DNA from: Narcine bancroftii
Lineage: Eukaryota
DNA: 64,000 bases
Assembly: GCF_036971445.1 (NCBI RefSeq)
Contig: NC_091469.1
Span: 402,814,001-402,878,000, forward strand
Reading direction: 5' to 3'
Below the pieces are notes generated by a model, which saw only the letters and a program-made list of their open reading frames with translations, did no database searches and was not told the DNA's origin. A program made the translations under genes and the position numbers. Positions 39,597-52,172 of this stretch are shown one piece after another. The stretch's first letter is position 1, and each line of letters begins with the position of its first letter.

Positions 39597-40255
39597 TTTC
39601 TGTGGTGTTGGGAAGAGTATCAGGTTCAGTGGGTTCACAGTGAGACAAGTCTGGACACAAATGTTACAATTGCATTTAACTTTTATTAGCACGAGAAACA
39701 AATAGGAGATAATGTTAAACAGTACTCGATCACTATTTCACTTAAGTGACGATATAACATTCACCTCAGACTTGTGTTGGACTCTGGCAACGGTAAACCT
39801 ATTCTCGACCCCCTCACACACTACAAACAGGGACTCTTACACACACACCTAGTTCCCTGACCAATGGGGTTGCAGTTCTCTGCAGGTACTGACCTATCAC
39901 AGTACTAAAAGGTCAGCCTTAGTGTAGTTCACACCTAACCTGCAACACTTCCAGCGATATCCAGAGTAGCGACCTGGCATGGAGTGATATCTGGGGCTTG
40001 GACCACGAGGCAGAGAGAAAGAATGCACTGTGCGCTGGTGTTACATTCAGTGCTAGTCTGTGCTTCCAACCAATAATGACCCTAGGTAATTTAAATTAAC
40101 CAACAGCAAGGTGTGCACTAATGGGTGGCCAGAGTCCAACTTTGATTGACAGGTGATGCGCCTTGCAAACAAGTTTCAGACAGGGAGGACATGTGTAACC
40201 TACAATACACGCATTCCAGACAGGCTGGGAAGTCCTGTTTCCTCCACACATAACA
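39597..40255 (-). mobile_element. Probable solo LTR inserted in CR1
   Basis: About 660 bp of unrelated sequence splits CR1 (gtttcaatgag | gatgccccctcattc). The minus strand starts TGTTATGTGTGG and has AATAAA about 90 bp from its other end. The TSD is not clean. Confidence 0.55.
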
Positions 40256-40962
40256 GATGCCCCCTCATTCTCTTAAATTCCAACAAATGCTGGCCAAGAG
40301 CTGTCAAATGTTTTCATTCCCATATCCATCCTTGTGAACCTCCTCTGAACTCTATCTAACTTCTTAAAAAGAGCCCAAAACTGCTCACAATACACCATGA
40401 GGTCTCACCAGTGTCATATAAAGCCTCAACCTCACATCCCTGCCTTGATATTCTATTTCTCTTGAAATGAATACCTTCTTCACCACTGACTCACCGTGCA
40501 AACTTATCTTTAGGGTATCTTGCATGAGGACTCCCAGGTCCCTTTGCATTTAGATATTTTCATTTTTCTCCCCATTTAAAAAGTCTGCCTGTTTATATTT
40601 TTCTACCGAAGTGCATAACTACTTTCCAACTTTTTATTTCACTTGCCACTTCTCCTAATCTGTCTAAATCCTTCTGCAGCCTCCCTGCTTCCCCACAACT
40701 ACTTGCTCCTCATCTACCTTCATATCATCTGCAAACACAACCACAAAGCCATTTATTCCATAATCCAAACCATTAATTACAGCATGAAAAGAAGTGCCCC
40801 CAACACTGACCCCTGTGGAACACCACCAGCAATCGGCAGCCAACCAAAATATGATCCCAGTTTTCCAACTCTACTTCCTGCCAATCACCCATTTGCTCTA
40901 CCCACTCTCATATGTTTCCTGTTTACCATGGGCTCGGCTCTTATCTTGTTGAGTTGCCTCAT

Positions 40963-41600
40963 ATAACCATATAACCATATAACCACTTACAGCACAGAAC
41001 AGGCCAGTTCGCCCCTACTAGTCCATGCCGTAACAAATTCCCACCCTCCTAGTCCCACTGACCAGCACCCGGTCCATACCCCTCCAGTCCTCTCCTATCC
41101 ATGTAACTATCCAGTCTTTCCTTAAATGTAACCAATGATTCCGCCTCGACCACATCTGTCGGAAGCTAATTCCACATCCCTACCACCCTTTGCATAAAGA
41201 AATTTCCCCTCATGTTCCCCTTATAATTTTCCCCCTTCAATCTTAAACCATGCCCTCTAGTTTGAATCTCCCCACTCTTAATTGAAAAAGCCTATCCACA
41301 TTTACTCTGTCTGTCCCTTTTAAAATCTTAAACACCTCTATCAAGTCCCCTCTCAATCTTCTACGCTCCAGTGAAAAAAGCCCCAATCTGCACAACCTTT
41401 CCCAGTAACTTAAACCTTGAAATCCTGTCAACATTCTCGTGAACCTTCTCTGCACTCTCTCTATTTTGTTTATATCTTTCCTATAATGCCTTATACAATT
41501 TCATCATAACCTCCCTACTCTTGAATTCAATACTCCGATTTATGAAGGCCAACATTCCAAATGCCTTCTTCGCCACACCATCTGCCTGAGTATCAGCCTT
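40963..41600 (-). mobile_element. Younger CR1 nested in an older CR1
   Basis: (ATAACCAT)n tail; peptide QRRFTRML...LGLFSLERRRLRGDLIEVFKIL; flanked by a short tcat duplication. Confidence 0.85.
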
Positions 41601-43410
41601 GAGGGTACTATTTACCATCATGTGCAGCACCTTGTCAAAGGCCTATTGAAAATCTGAATACAAAACATCCCCTGCATCTCCTTAATCTAGCCTGCTTGTC
41701 ACTTCTTCAGAGAATTAAAATAAGTTTGTCTGGCATGATTTTCCCTTAAGAAAACCATGCTGGCTTTGGCCTATCCTGTTATGTGCCTCCAAACACTCCA
41801 TAACCTCATCCTTCACAATTAACTCCAACATATTCCCAACCATTATATAGGTCGGGCTATCTTGTCTATAATTCTGATTCTGCTGCCTCCTTCCCTTCTT
41901 GGAATAGTAGGCTGACATTTGTAATTTTCCAGTCCTCCAAGACCATGCCAGAATTTATTGATTCCTGGAAGATCATTACCAATGCCTCCAAGATCTCTTC
42001 TTTCAGTACCCAAGGGTGCAATCCATCTAGTCTGGAATTTTGTAGCTAGAGAATGTACCTTTTCACAAAATACTCAGAAATTATTCACCCAAGCTATTCC
42101 AACAGGTTTTCCTAAATCCACAATCTCTTCCACCTAAGAAGAGCAGTAAACGACTGAGAACATCAACATGTCCAAGCTTCTCTTCATGCCAGCCAGCATC
42201 CTGATTTGGAAGGGTATACCAGTCCTTCATTACCACTGGATCTAACTCTTGGCACACTCCCATCAATGACACTGTAGATGTTGCCAGAAAGAAGGATATC
42301 CTTCAAGATGGCCGTTCACCACCAGATGATCAATGGGAATTTGGGACAGACACTATAGTGTTGGCTTTGTCAAGACCCTGAAAATTTAGAATTAAGAGAA
42401 ATGAAGGATGGTCAATCTCCTCCTAAGACTCATATTTATAAATGCAACAAATACCTTCCATATGTGCTATGTTTAAGCATGCTGCTTTATACATACAATT
42501 TGACTATACTGGCTTGATTTAAACAATGTAGCAAATAATTCTTGGATTAAACCAGCTATTCTGCTTTGAACTGTTGTCATTTCTACTTAGAAATGTAAGG
42601 AAGGATTAAAGTTGTCTTTTAAATGTATGTCAAAGTCTTCGAGCACAGAAACAAGTTCTTCATTTTACCCTCCCAATACCAATGATCAAGTACCCATTTA
42701 TACTAATTCATTTACTAGAACTCGGTCTCCTATGCCACGGAGATTCAAATGCTCATCCAGATACTTTTGTAAATATGAGAGTACATCCCTCCACTGCCTT
42801 CCTATCTCAGTGGATAAACATCCTTCAAACTTAGGCAACATCATGGTAAATCTCTTCTGCTATTTCTCCAGTGCAATTACATCCTACAGTGGGATGATTA
42901 GAAATCCACTTAATACTCCAGCTGTAACCTGGAGTTTTATGAAATGATTCCATGACCTTTATATTCTCATTTTCTCTGGCTTGGCTAATAAAGGGCACCA
43001 ATCTATAAGACACGTGTCTCCAGCATCCTATATGCTTTCTTCATCACTCTGCTGCCACCTTTCAGGATTAAAGGAGATTAAATTCAATACTGCAAAGCAC
43101 GGCCATTCTCATCACCATCAACACCACCTCTAATCTTCACAACATCTCAAACTAACCAATCATACCTCAACAGTGCAATGAACTTGCTAGATGCTTTCAC
43201 TGGCATCTTGGTGACTGCTAATTTGAATTCCTAACAGCATCCAGTAGCTGAGAATGAATGTGTTGCAATTAACTAGAAGTCATGCAGAGAAATTTGCTCA
43301 CAGAATCCATACTAGATTATTCCAAGTGCATGAAAAACTTCATTCTTTTTCCATAGAAATGATCAGCTACCAGACACATTTTAACCTTATTGTCTTATTA
43401 CAGTTGGTTT

Positions 43411-43930
43411 CTTTGGCTTGACTTCGCGGACGAAGATTTATGGAGGGGGTAAAAAGTCCACGTCAGCTGCAGGCTCGTTTGTGGCTGACAAGTCCGATGC
43501 GGGACAGGCAGACACGATTGCAGCGGTTGCAGGGGAAAATTGGTTGGTTGGGGTTGGGTGTTGGGTTTTTCCTCCTTTGCCTTTTGTCAGTGAGGTAGGC
43601 TCTGCGGTCTTCTTCAAAGGAGGTTGCTGCCCGCCAAACTGTGAGGCGCCAAGTTGCACGGTTTGAGGCGTTATCAGCCCACTGGCGGTGGTCAATGTGG
43701 CAGGCACCAAGAGATTTCTTTAGGCAGTCCTTGTACCTTTTCTTTGGTGCACCTCTGTCACGGTGGCCAGTGGAGAGCTCGCCATATAACACGATCTTGG
43801 GAAGGCGATGGTCCTCCATTCTGGAGACGTGACCCATCCAGCGCAGCTGGATCTTCAGCAGCGTGGACTCGATGCTGTCGACCTCTGCCATCTCGAGTAC
43901 TTCGACGTTAGGGATGTAAGCGCTCAATGG
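43411..43930 (-). mobile_element. Young RTE LINE 3' fragment with 9-bp TSD
   Basis: TSD AGTTGGTTT at 43402-43410 and 43931-43939; intact peptide from IPNVEVLEM to SHKRACS. Confidence 0.95.
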
Positions 43931-45027
43931 AGTTGGTTTAGTGAGAATTAATTTCACCAACAGTACAACAAATCAACTTTAACATGCATAAAGTACAAAA
44001 TAGAAGAATAAAAACATATGACATTGCATAATGTTATAATGCACAGCAAGGGCAGCATGAGATTTCAGCATATCTACACTGCCAGAATACATACATGACA
44101 TCACATACAACCCTGAGATTCTTTTTCCTGGTAATTCTGCCTCAGCATAGGTTGCATGTGATGTATATACTCTGACAATAAATCTGAAATCTGCAATCAT
44201 GATTGAAAGAAGTCAGATGGATGCAGGAAAGAAATCATCTCTGAACCTGGCTTTGGGCAGCAAATCAATAGCAGTGCAATCTGGAAAGGTAAGGCCATTT
44301 AGATCAGCTTGGCTTGCTATGTGGAAAGCTTAGGCACTCTGTTTATGAAACCAGAATGAACTGTAAACAGAATAAATTTTATTTTATTTTATCTTCATTA
44401 ACTTAAATTTCTCATGGTGTGTTAAGAATACACAATGATGACTAGGTGAATTGAAATCCGAGGCTAAACTAGACACAACATAGTCAATGTTCTTCTTGAT
44501 GTTATAGATAATCTGGTTAAAAATAGTTATCGTGGCATTATTCATTAACGATTAAGTGTCTTAAATTGGTTTCAATGTTATGCATATTTGGCTGGTACAT
44601 CTTTTCACTTGTTTATTTGATTGCTTGTCTTGGTTATAAATAAGGTCTCTGTGTTAAATTAACCTGATACTTAGCCTGATTACATCAGATAGATCTGCTT
44701 TACCTCAGCTGTTTCTTTCCCATTCCTTCTCCCACTTCACTTCCAACAGCTACAATGGTTCCTCAATTATCCTTTCTATGTTAGCACGTTATCACACTCC
44801 ACACCAAATACAATATTGTTTCAGTTATCCTTGAGAAAGAGTAATCACTTCCAAATGAATTGTAAATAGTTTAAATATTATCTTACAATGCAATGTTTTT
44901 CTTGGCATAATATAGCAGCTGTAAAATTCATGGTCTTTCTAGTAAAAGGATGGATAACCAAATACAGGTGCATACAAAGACTCATCATAACCATAATTCC
45001 AAATCACACCAGATATATACAGTGTAC

Positions 45028-45512
45028 AGATGGCAGAGGCCGACAGCATCGAATTCACGCTGCTGAAGATAAAACTGCGCTGGGTAGGTCATGTCTCCAG
45101 AATGGAGGACCATCACCTTCCCAAGATCGTGTTATATGGCGAGCTCTCCACTGGCCACCGAGACAGAGGTGCACCAAAGAAGAGGACAAGGACTGCCTAA
45201 AGAAAGCTCTTGGTGCCTGCCACATTGACCACCACCAGTGGGCTGATATCGCCTCAAACCGTGCATCTTGGCGCCTCACAGTTCGGCGGGCTGCAACCTC
45301 CTTTGAAGAAGACCGCAGAGCCCACCTCACTGACAAAAGACAAAGGAGGAAAACCCAACACCCAACCCCAACCAACCAATTTTCCCTTGCAACTGCTGCA
45401 ACCGTGTCTGCCTGTCCCACATCGGACTTGTCAGCCACAAACGAGCCTGCAGCTGACGTGGACATTACCCCTCCATAAATCTTCGTCCGCGAAGCCAAGC
45501 CAAAGAAAAGAA
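45028..45512 (+). mobile_element. RTE LINE 3' fragment (second subfamily)
   Basis: Same family; shares variants (aaagctc, tttcccttgc, gacattacccc) with 57976-58531. Confidence 0.93.
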
Positions 45513-45919
45513 CATTTGTGGAAAAGCAAGCAATTCCTGTCAGTCATTAAGCATTCATCTCTGAGAAGCCAATATGTTTGAAAAGAGTAACTCTGTAAAG
45601 AATAATCAATGTTGCAGACACTTTGTTGGAATATATTTGTGTACAGTTTGGTATCCAATTGCATGACTTAATTTTTCTTCATTTATTGGATGGAAGCATG
45701 ACACCAAATACAATTCAAATCATAGCAAGAACCCTGACAAGGACACATCATCTTTTGTTTCACCCCACTGTCATTTCCAATTGCTAACTGGCACTCATTT
45801 CTGAGTTTGTTCTTGATGCTAGTCAATGTCGTTTTTCATCTTACTCAGAACCTAAGTTTAGCTATTAGAGAAAAATTGTTCATCAAGAATTGCTTTCAAA
45901 ATTTATGATCTACAACTTT

Positions 45920-46586
45920 TTTTAACATTTTTAAAATTTTTCACACTATGAACCATATTAATCAAAGTACACACAAACATTTCCCTCTTGAATATACAGT
46001 GTTATTTTCTCCCCTTTCCCCCCTCCCTTCCCTCCCTCCTTCCCACCCCCTCCAAACCCATTAAACGTTCAACATATACAATACAATAAACCCATTAAAC
46101 AATGTCATCACACAATGAAAATAAACAAGAAATTTTTGTCATCTACTTTTACACACTGTGTCAGTTCATTTCGTCTTCTTTTCATTCTGTCATTTTAGGG
46201 GGTGGAGGTCCATGATAGGCCCTCTCTGTGGTGTTCCATGTACGGTTCCCAAATTTTATTTTTTAAATTATATGTTATTTTTTTTACAATGGAATACATT
46301 TATTCATTTCTATGTACCATTGCTGTACTCTCGGGCTCTCTTCTGATTTCCAAGTTGTCATTATACATTTTGTTTTGCTACAGCTAAGGCTATCGTAATA
46401 AATATTTTTTCAAGAGAAAGAAAATGATGAAATTAGCTGTGAACCCAAACAAAAGTGGGAACAAGATCTAAACATAAAGATAAAAAATGAAATATGGGAA
46501 AAGCTATGCTCCGGAACTATGAGAAATACAAGAAACATGAGGTTACGCATGATATAATAGAATTGGTTACACAGGTTATATATCAC
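45920..46586 (-). mobile_element. L1/Tx1-clade insertion with 5' inversion and 13-bp TSD
   Basis: TSD GATCTACAACTTT at 45907-45919 and 46587-46599; minus-strand 3' end to about 46405, then a plus-strand ORF2 piece (KWEQDLNIKIKNEIWEKLC...NWLHRLYIT). Confidence 0.8.
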
Positions 46587-46750
46587 GATCTACAACTTTG
46601 AGGAAAGTTGCTCTTTAGAATTGGAAGAATTTTCATCTTATTTTTCCCATTTCTCAATTAATGATTTAAAATAAAGACAAAGTCATCAAAAATTTGTTTA
46701 AAATAGGATGACAATAATTCTTGCTGTTTTGCTCTCCTTTACATAACCAG

Positions 46751-48030
46751 GGCTGGTAATCATGGTGGGGAGCTGGCTGATGGAGGACCTCAGTTTTCTT
46801 CAGGCTGACTTCCAGGCCAAACATTTTGGCAGTTTCCGCAAAGCAGGACGTCAAGCGCTGAAGAGCTGGCTCTGAATGGGCAACTAAAGCGGCATCGTCT
46901 GCAAAGAGTAGTTCACGGACAAGTTTCTCTTGTGTCTTGGTGTGAGCTTGCAGGCGCCTCAGATTGAAGAGACTGCCATCCGTGCGGTACCGGATGTAAA
47001 CAGCATCTTCATTGTTGGGGACTTTCATGGCTTGGTTCAGCATCATGCTGAAGAAGATTGAAAAGAGGGTTGGTGCCTCCATCAGCCAGCTCCCCACCAT
47101 GATTACCAGCCCCCCCACATCTCCATCGGGCACACAAAACTCAAAACGGTCAACCAGTTTACCTATCTCGGCTGCACCATTTCATCAGATGCAAGGATCG
47201 ACAATGAGATAGACAACAGACTCGCCAAGGCAAATAGCGCCTTTGGAAGACTACACAAAAGAGTCTGGAAAAACAACCAACTGAAAAACCTCACAAAGAT
47301 AAGCGTATACAGAGCCGTTGTCATACCCACACTCCTGTTCGGCTCCGAATCATGGGTCCTCTACCGGCACCACCTACGGCTCCTAGAACGCTTCCACCAG
47401 CGTTGTCTCCGCTCCATCCTCAACATCCATTGGAGCGCTTACATCCCTAACGTCGAAGTACTCGAGATGGCAGAGGTCGACAGCATCGAGTCCACGCTGC
47501 TGAAGATCCAGCTGCGCTGGATGGGTCACGTCTCCAGAATGGAGGACCATCGCCTTCCCAAGATCGTGTTATATGGCGAGCTCTCCACTGGCCACTGTGA
47601 CAGAGGTGCACCAAAGAAAAGGTACAAGGACTGCCTAAAGAAATCTCTTGGTGCCTGCCACATTGACCACCGCCAGTGGGTGCACCAAAGAAAAGGTACA
47701 AGGACTGCCTAAAGAAATCTCTTGGTGCCTGCCACATTGACCACCGCTAGTGGGCTGATAACGCCTCAAACCGTGCATCTTGGCGCCTCACAGTTTGGCG
47801 GGCAGCAACCTCCTTTGAAGAAGACCGCAGAGCCCACCTCACTGACAAAAGGCAAAGGAGGAAAAACCCAACACCCAACCCCAACCAACCATATTTTCCC
47901 CTGCAACCGCTGCAATCGTGTCTGCCTGTCCCGCATCGGACTTGTCAGCCACAAACGAGCCTGCAGCTGACGTGGACTTTTTTACCCCCTCCATAAATCT
48001 TCGTCCGCGAAGCCAAGCCAAAGAAGAAAG
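46751..48030 (+). mobile_element. Young RTE copy A: inverted 5' segment (46751-47076) plus sense segment (47076-48030) with an internal 74-bp duplication
   Basis: Minus-strand peptide APTLFSIFFSMML...ELLFADDAAL...; plus strand runs to the family 3' end; flanked by ACATAACCAG. Confidence 0.93.
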
Positions 48031-48040
48031 ACATAACCAG

Positions 48041-49353
48041 ATCACGAAGGTCCTGAGGCAGTTTTCCTTGGTCCCAACAAAGCTTGAAAAACTCATGCAG
48101 TTTGACATGCAGAATTTTGCCGCCAGCCTTCCAGACCTCTGGGGAGATTCCATCCATACCTGCTGCTTTGCCACTTTTCAGTTTTTCGATTGCCTTATAT
48201 GTCTCATCCTGGGTGAGGACCTCATCCAGCTCTAGCCTTAGGGGCTGTTGAGGGAGCTGGAGCAGGGCGGAATCTTGGACTGAGTGGTTGGCACTGAAAA
48301 GAGATTGGAAGTGCTCTGGCCATCGGTTGAGGATGGAGATCTTGTCGCTGAGGAGGATTTTGCCGTCTGAGCTGCGCAGCGGGCTTTGGACTTGGGGTGA
48401 GGGGCCGTACACAGCCTTTAGAGCCTCGTAGAAACCCCTGAAGTCGCCAATGTCCGCGCTGAGCTGGGTTCGCTTAGCGAGGCTAGTCCACCACTCATTT
48501 TGGATCTCCCGGAGTTTGCGCTGAAGATGGCTGCATGCGCGACGGAAGGCTTGTTTCTTCTCTGGACAGGACGGCTTTGTAAGGTGAGCCTGGTGGGCAG
48601 CTCGCTTCTTTGCCAGCAGCTCCTGGATTTCCTGGCTGTTTTCGTCGAACCAGTCCTTGTTTTTCCTGGAGGAGAAGCGCAGTACCTCTTCAGTGGATTG
48701 CAGTATGGTAGTCTTCAGCTGATCCCAGAGGGTTTCAGGGGACGGGTCCGTGAGGCGGATTGCATCGTCGAGCTTTGCTTTGAGGTTTGCCTGGAAGTTT
48801 CCTCTCACTTGGTCTGACTGCAGGTTTCCAACGTTGAACCTCTTTCTGGGGGCTTTACTGATCCTGGGCTTTGACTTGAAGTGAAGGTTGAGCTTGCAGC
48901 GAACCAGCCAGTGGTCAGTGTGGCATTCCACGCTGGGCATGACCCTGGTGTGGAGCACATCTCGTTTGTCACTTTCTTGCACCAGGATGTAGTCCAGGAG
49001 GTGCACCAAAGAAAAGGTACAAGGACTGCCTAAAGAAATCTCTTTGTGCCTGCCACATTGACCACCGCCAGTGGGCTGATATCGCCTCAACCGTGCATCT
49101 TGGCGCCTCACAGTTCGGCAGGCAGCAACCTCCTTTGAAGAAGACCGCAGAGCCCACCTCACTGACAAAAGGCAAAAGAGGAAAAACCCAACACCCAACC
49201 CCAACCAACCAATTTTCCCCTGCAACCGCTGCAACCGTGTCTGCCTGTCCCGCATCGGACTTGTCAGCCACAAATGAGCCTGCAGCTGACGTGGACATTT
49301 ACCCCCTCCATAAATCTTCGTCCGTGAAGCCAAGCCAAAGAGAAAGAAGAGAG
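48041..49353 (+). mobile_element. Young RTE copy B: inverted 5' segment (48041-49004) plus sense 3' segment (48998-49353)
   Basis: Minus-strand open frame HLLDYILV...TDHWLV...KSGKAAGMDGI...LPQDLRD; plus-strand 3' end; flanked by ACATAACCAG(AT). Confidence 0.93.
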
Positions 49354-52172
49354 ACATAACCAGATGTACTTTTCAGGCCAATATATTTGAACAAGAGAAA
49401 TGCAAGCGCTGTAGATGCTGGCTGGTGAATGGCTACTGGATGAGAGAAGGAGAAAGGAGTGAAAAGGTAGATAGGTGTGGAGACCACTGGGATTTCAGGT
49501 GGGGGCAGGGATCAGAGAGAAAAGAAGCAGGTAAAGGAGAGATGTGTGGGAGTTACCTAAAACGAATGTTCATGCCATTGGGTTTATAGCAGTTTCTTAT
49601 TCTGTCTGAATCTTCTTTTCACCAATTTCTCTTGACTGCAGTATTCACAAAACTAAAAAGAATGTTAAGAGTTTCTCAGTTTGAATATTAGATACAGTGA
49701 AAAGCTCTGTTTTTGTATGCTATCCAATCAATAATAAAACAAAAGTTCAGAACATAGGGGAACAGAAAGTCAGAGTGCAGGGTATATTGTAACTAAGAAA
49801 AAATCCTGGGGATCCAGAAAAATACAGTTAATACAATACAAGGGTGCTATCTTTACCTGTGAGACGTCCATTTAAGATTCCAATAACTGCAAGAGATGCT
49901 TCTGATTGTAACTTACACTAGTTTTCCAAAGAAATATTAGGATTTTAAAAACACCTGTGCAGAAACATTTATTTATCAATGTATATCCATATAACATAAC
50001 AATTTACAGTATGGAAACAGGCCATATCGACCTGTAACAGTATCGGCACAGTAACAGGCCTTTCTGGGCCACGAGCCCAAATTAACCTACAATCTGTACG
50101 TTTTGAAGGTGCCTGAGGGATGAGCCCAAATATACAAACTCCTAATCATCAGCGCCGGTTTCGTTGTGCTGCTCAATAAACAAAATGGGATACCTGGAAA
50201 AACAATCCTTTAGAAACATTTTTGGCACCATTTTAAAGAAAATTATTTTTTTGCATCTGGCATTGCATGGAATTTGACCCCCAGTGTGCTTCCCACCCAT
50301 CCACTCCCCAAAATAATCATCAAGATTAAAGATATATTTATGGGTATTGTGTCTTTTTCCTCATCTAAATGCATATCCAAAAAAATGGTCAAATTTCCAA
50401 AAATATCAGCCTGCACTATTGAAATGTCACTTCTTTTTCTTCTGCTACTGTAATTGTGAATATTTATTATATTTTATATTTTTTATCACTTTCCTCACGA
50501 GTTGATTTTTTTAAAAATGATGTACCAGTTTGGTTGCAGCAAGTAAGCATTTCTGGCATTTGTACATTGTACTTGTGTGTATGTCAAAAAAAATTTTAAT
50601 TATTAATTTAAATGATGTAACATGCCCCTGAATCACATAGATGATGGATATCATTTTCACCTCTTACCCTTGGTTATTGGTGCTATAAATCTGGCCTCCA
50701 ACATTGGACCATAACTCTTCTGAAAGCAACAATTATTATTCTCATACTTTATTGCAACAAAATGCTAAATACGCAGATCACAGCATTTTATTTTTATGTT
50801 TCAATAAAATCCCTCATCATTTGCTATTTTCTCTGCACGTTAGCAGCTTCCAAATACAATGACAAAGAATGCAAATAAACACCTTCTGAATTTTAAATAT
50901 TATTGCTTCCATGCATAGCCATGGAATTATTAATCTCCACTTGCACTGAAAAACTATTTATGCCCCATTTTTCTAATTAAAATTCATGCTATAGTTTATG
51001 GACCATTTGTTGTATTATTCTTGGAGTCAAAAACAAAGGCCTAGAAATTTATTCATGCCATGCATTTTTATTTAAAGTGCAGCAGAAGAGAACAAAGAAT
51101 CTGCAGAATAGAACATGCCTTTCACCCTAACCAGTACATGTTGACATTTACTCAATCTTCCTCATCTAAATCTATTAGCGTAACCATCTATAACCCTCTC
51201 AGTTACATTTATCTAACCTTTCTTTGCCTGTGTTTATACTACTCATTTCAAGCCCACCCTGTGGTAGAGCAGTTGGCTCTTTGGACACAGATTTTTTTTC
51301 TGGACTCTACTGGATTTGTTCATTCGACATCCAACGAGTCGCAGGGTTAACACATTGAGATCACTGATTGAACAACTTTGAGCTTGTAACATCGGTGTGA
51401 CTTGAATTTATTTAATAAAAAATAGGTGCTGGAGTAGGCCATTTGGCCCTTTGAGCCAGCACCACCATTCACTGTAATCATAGTTGATCATCCACAATCA
51501 GTACCCTATTCTTGTCTTCTCCCCATATCCCTTAACTCCACTATCTTTAAGAGCTCTATCTAACCCATTCTTGAAAGCATACAGAGAATTGGCCTCCACT
51601 ACCTTCTGAGGCAGGGCATTCCACAGATCCACAACTCTCTGGGTGAAAAAGATTTTCCTCAACTTTGTTCTAAATGGTCTACCCCTTATTCTTAAACTGT
51701 GGCCTCTGGTTCTGGACTCCCCCAACATCAGGAATATATTTCCTGCCTCTAGCATGTTAAATCCCTTAATAATCTTGTATGGTTCAATCAGATCGCCTCT
51801 CATCCTTCTAAATTCCAGTGTATACAAGCCCAGTCACTCCAATCTTTCAACATGGTATAGTCCCACCATCCCAGGAATTAACCTTGTGGACCTATGCTAA
51901 AGTCTCTCAATAGCAAGAATGTCCTTCCTCAAACCTGGAGACCAAAACTGCGCACAATACTTCAGGTGTGGTCTCACCAGGGCCTCTTTGCTCCAAAACT
52001 TAACTCCCCTTTTTAAGATGGCCAACATGCCATTAGCTTTCTTCACTGCCTGCTGTACCTGCATGCTTACTTCCAGTGACTGATGAACAAGGACACTTAG
52101 ATCGAATGATACTTCTACTTTTCGTAACTTGACACCATTCAGATAGTAATCTGGTTTCCTGCTTTTGCCACC

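Larger units (their letters stand above)
39220..42030 (-). mobile_element. CR1 LINE interrupted by a probable solo LTR and by a younger CR1
   Basis: Peptides LFPMVGESRTRGH and IGQSQHGFLKGKSCQTNL; the sequence is continuous once 39597-40255 and 40963-41600 are removed. Confidence 0.8.

Noticed and set aside
47945-49357. 470-aa minus-strand ORF
   Set aside because: Chance in-frame fusion of antisense RTE 3' sequence with the inverted RTE segment; not a gene.
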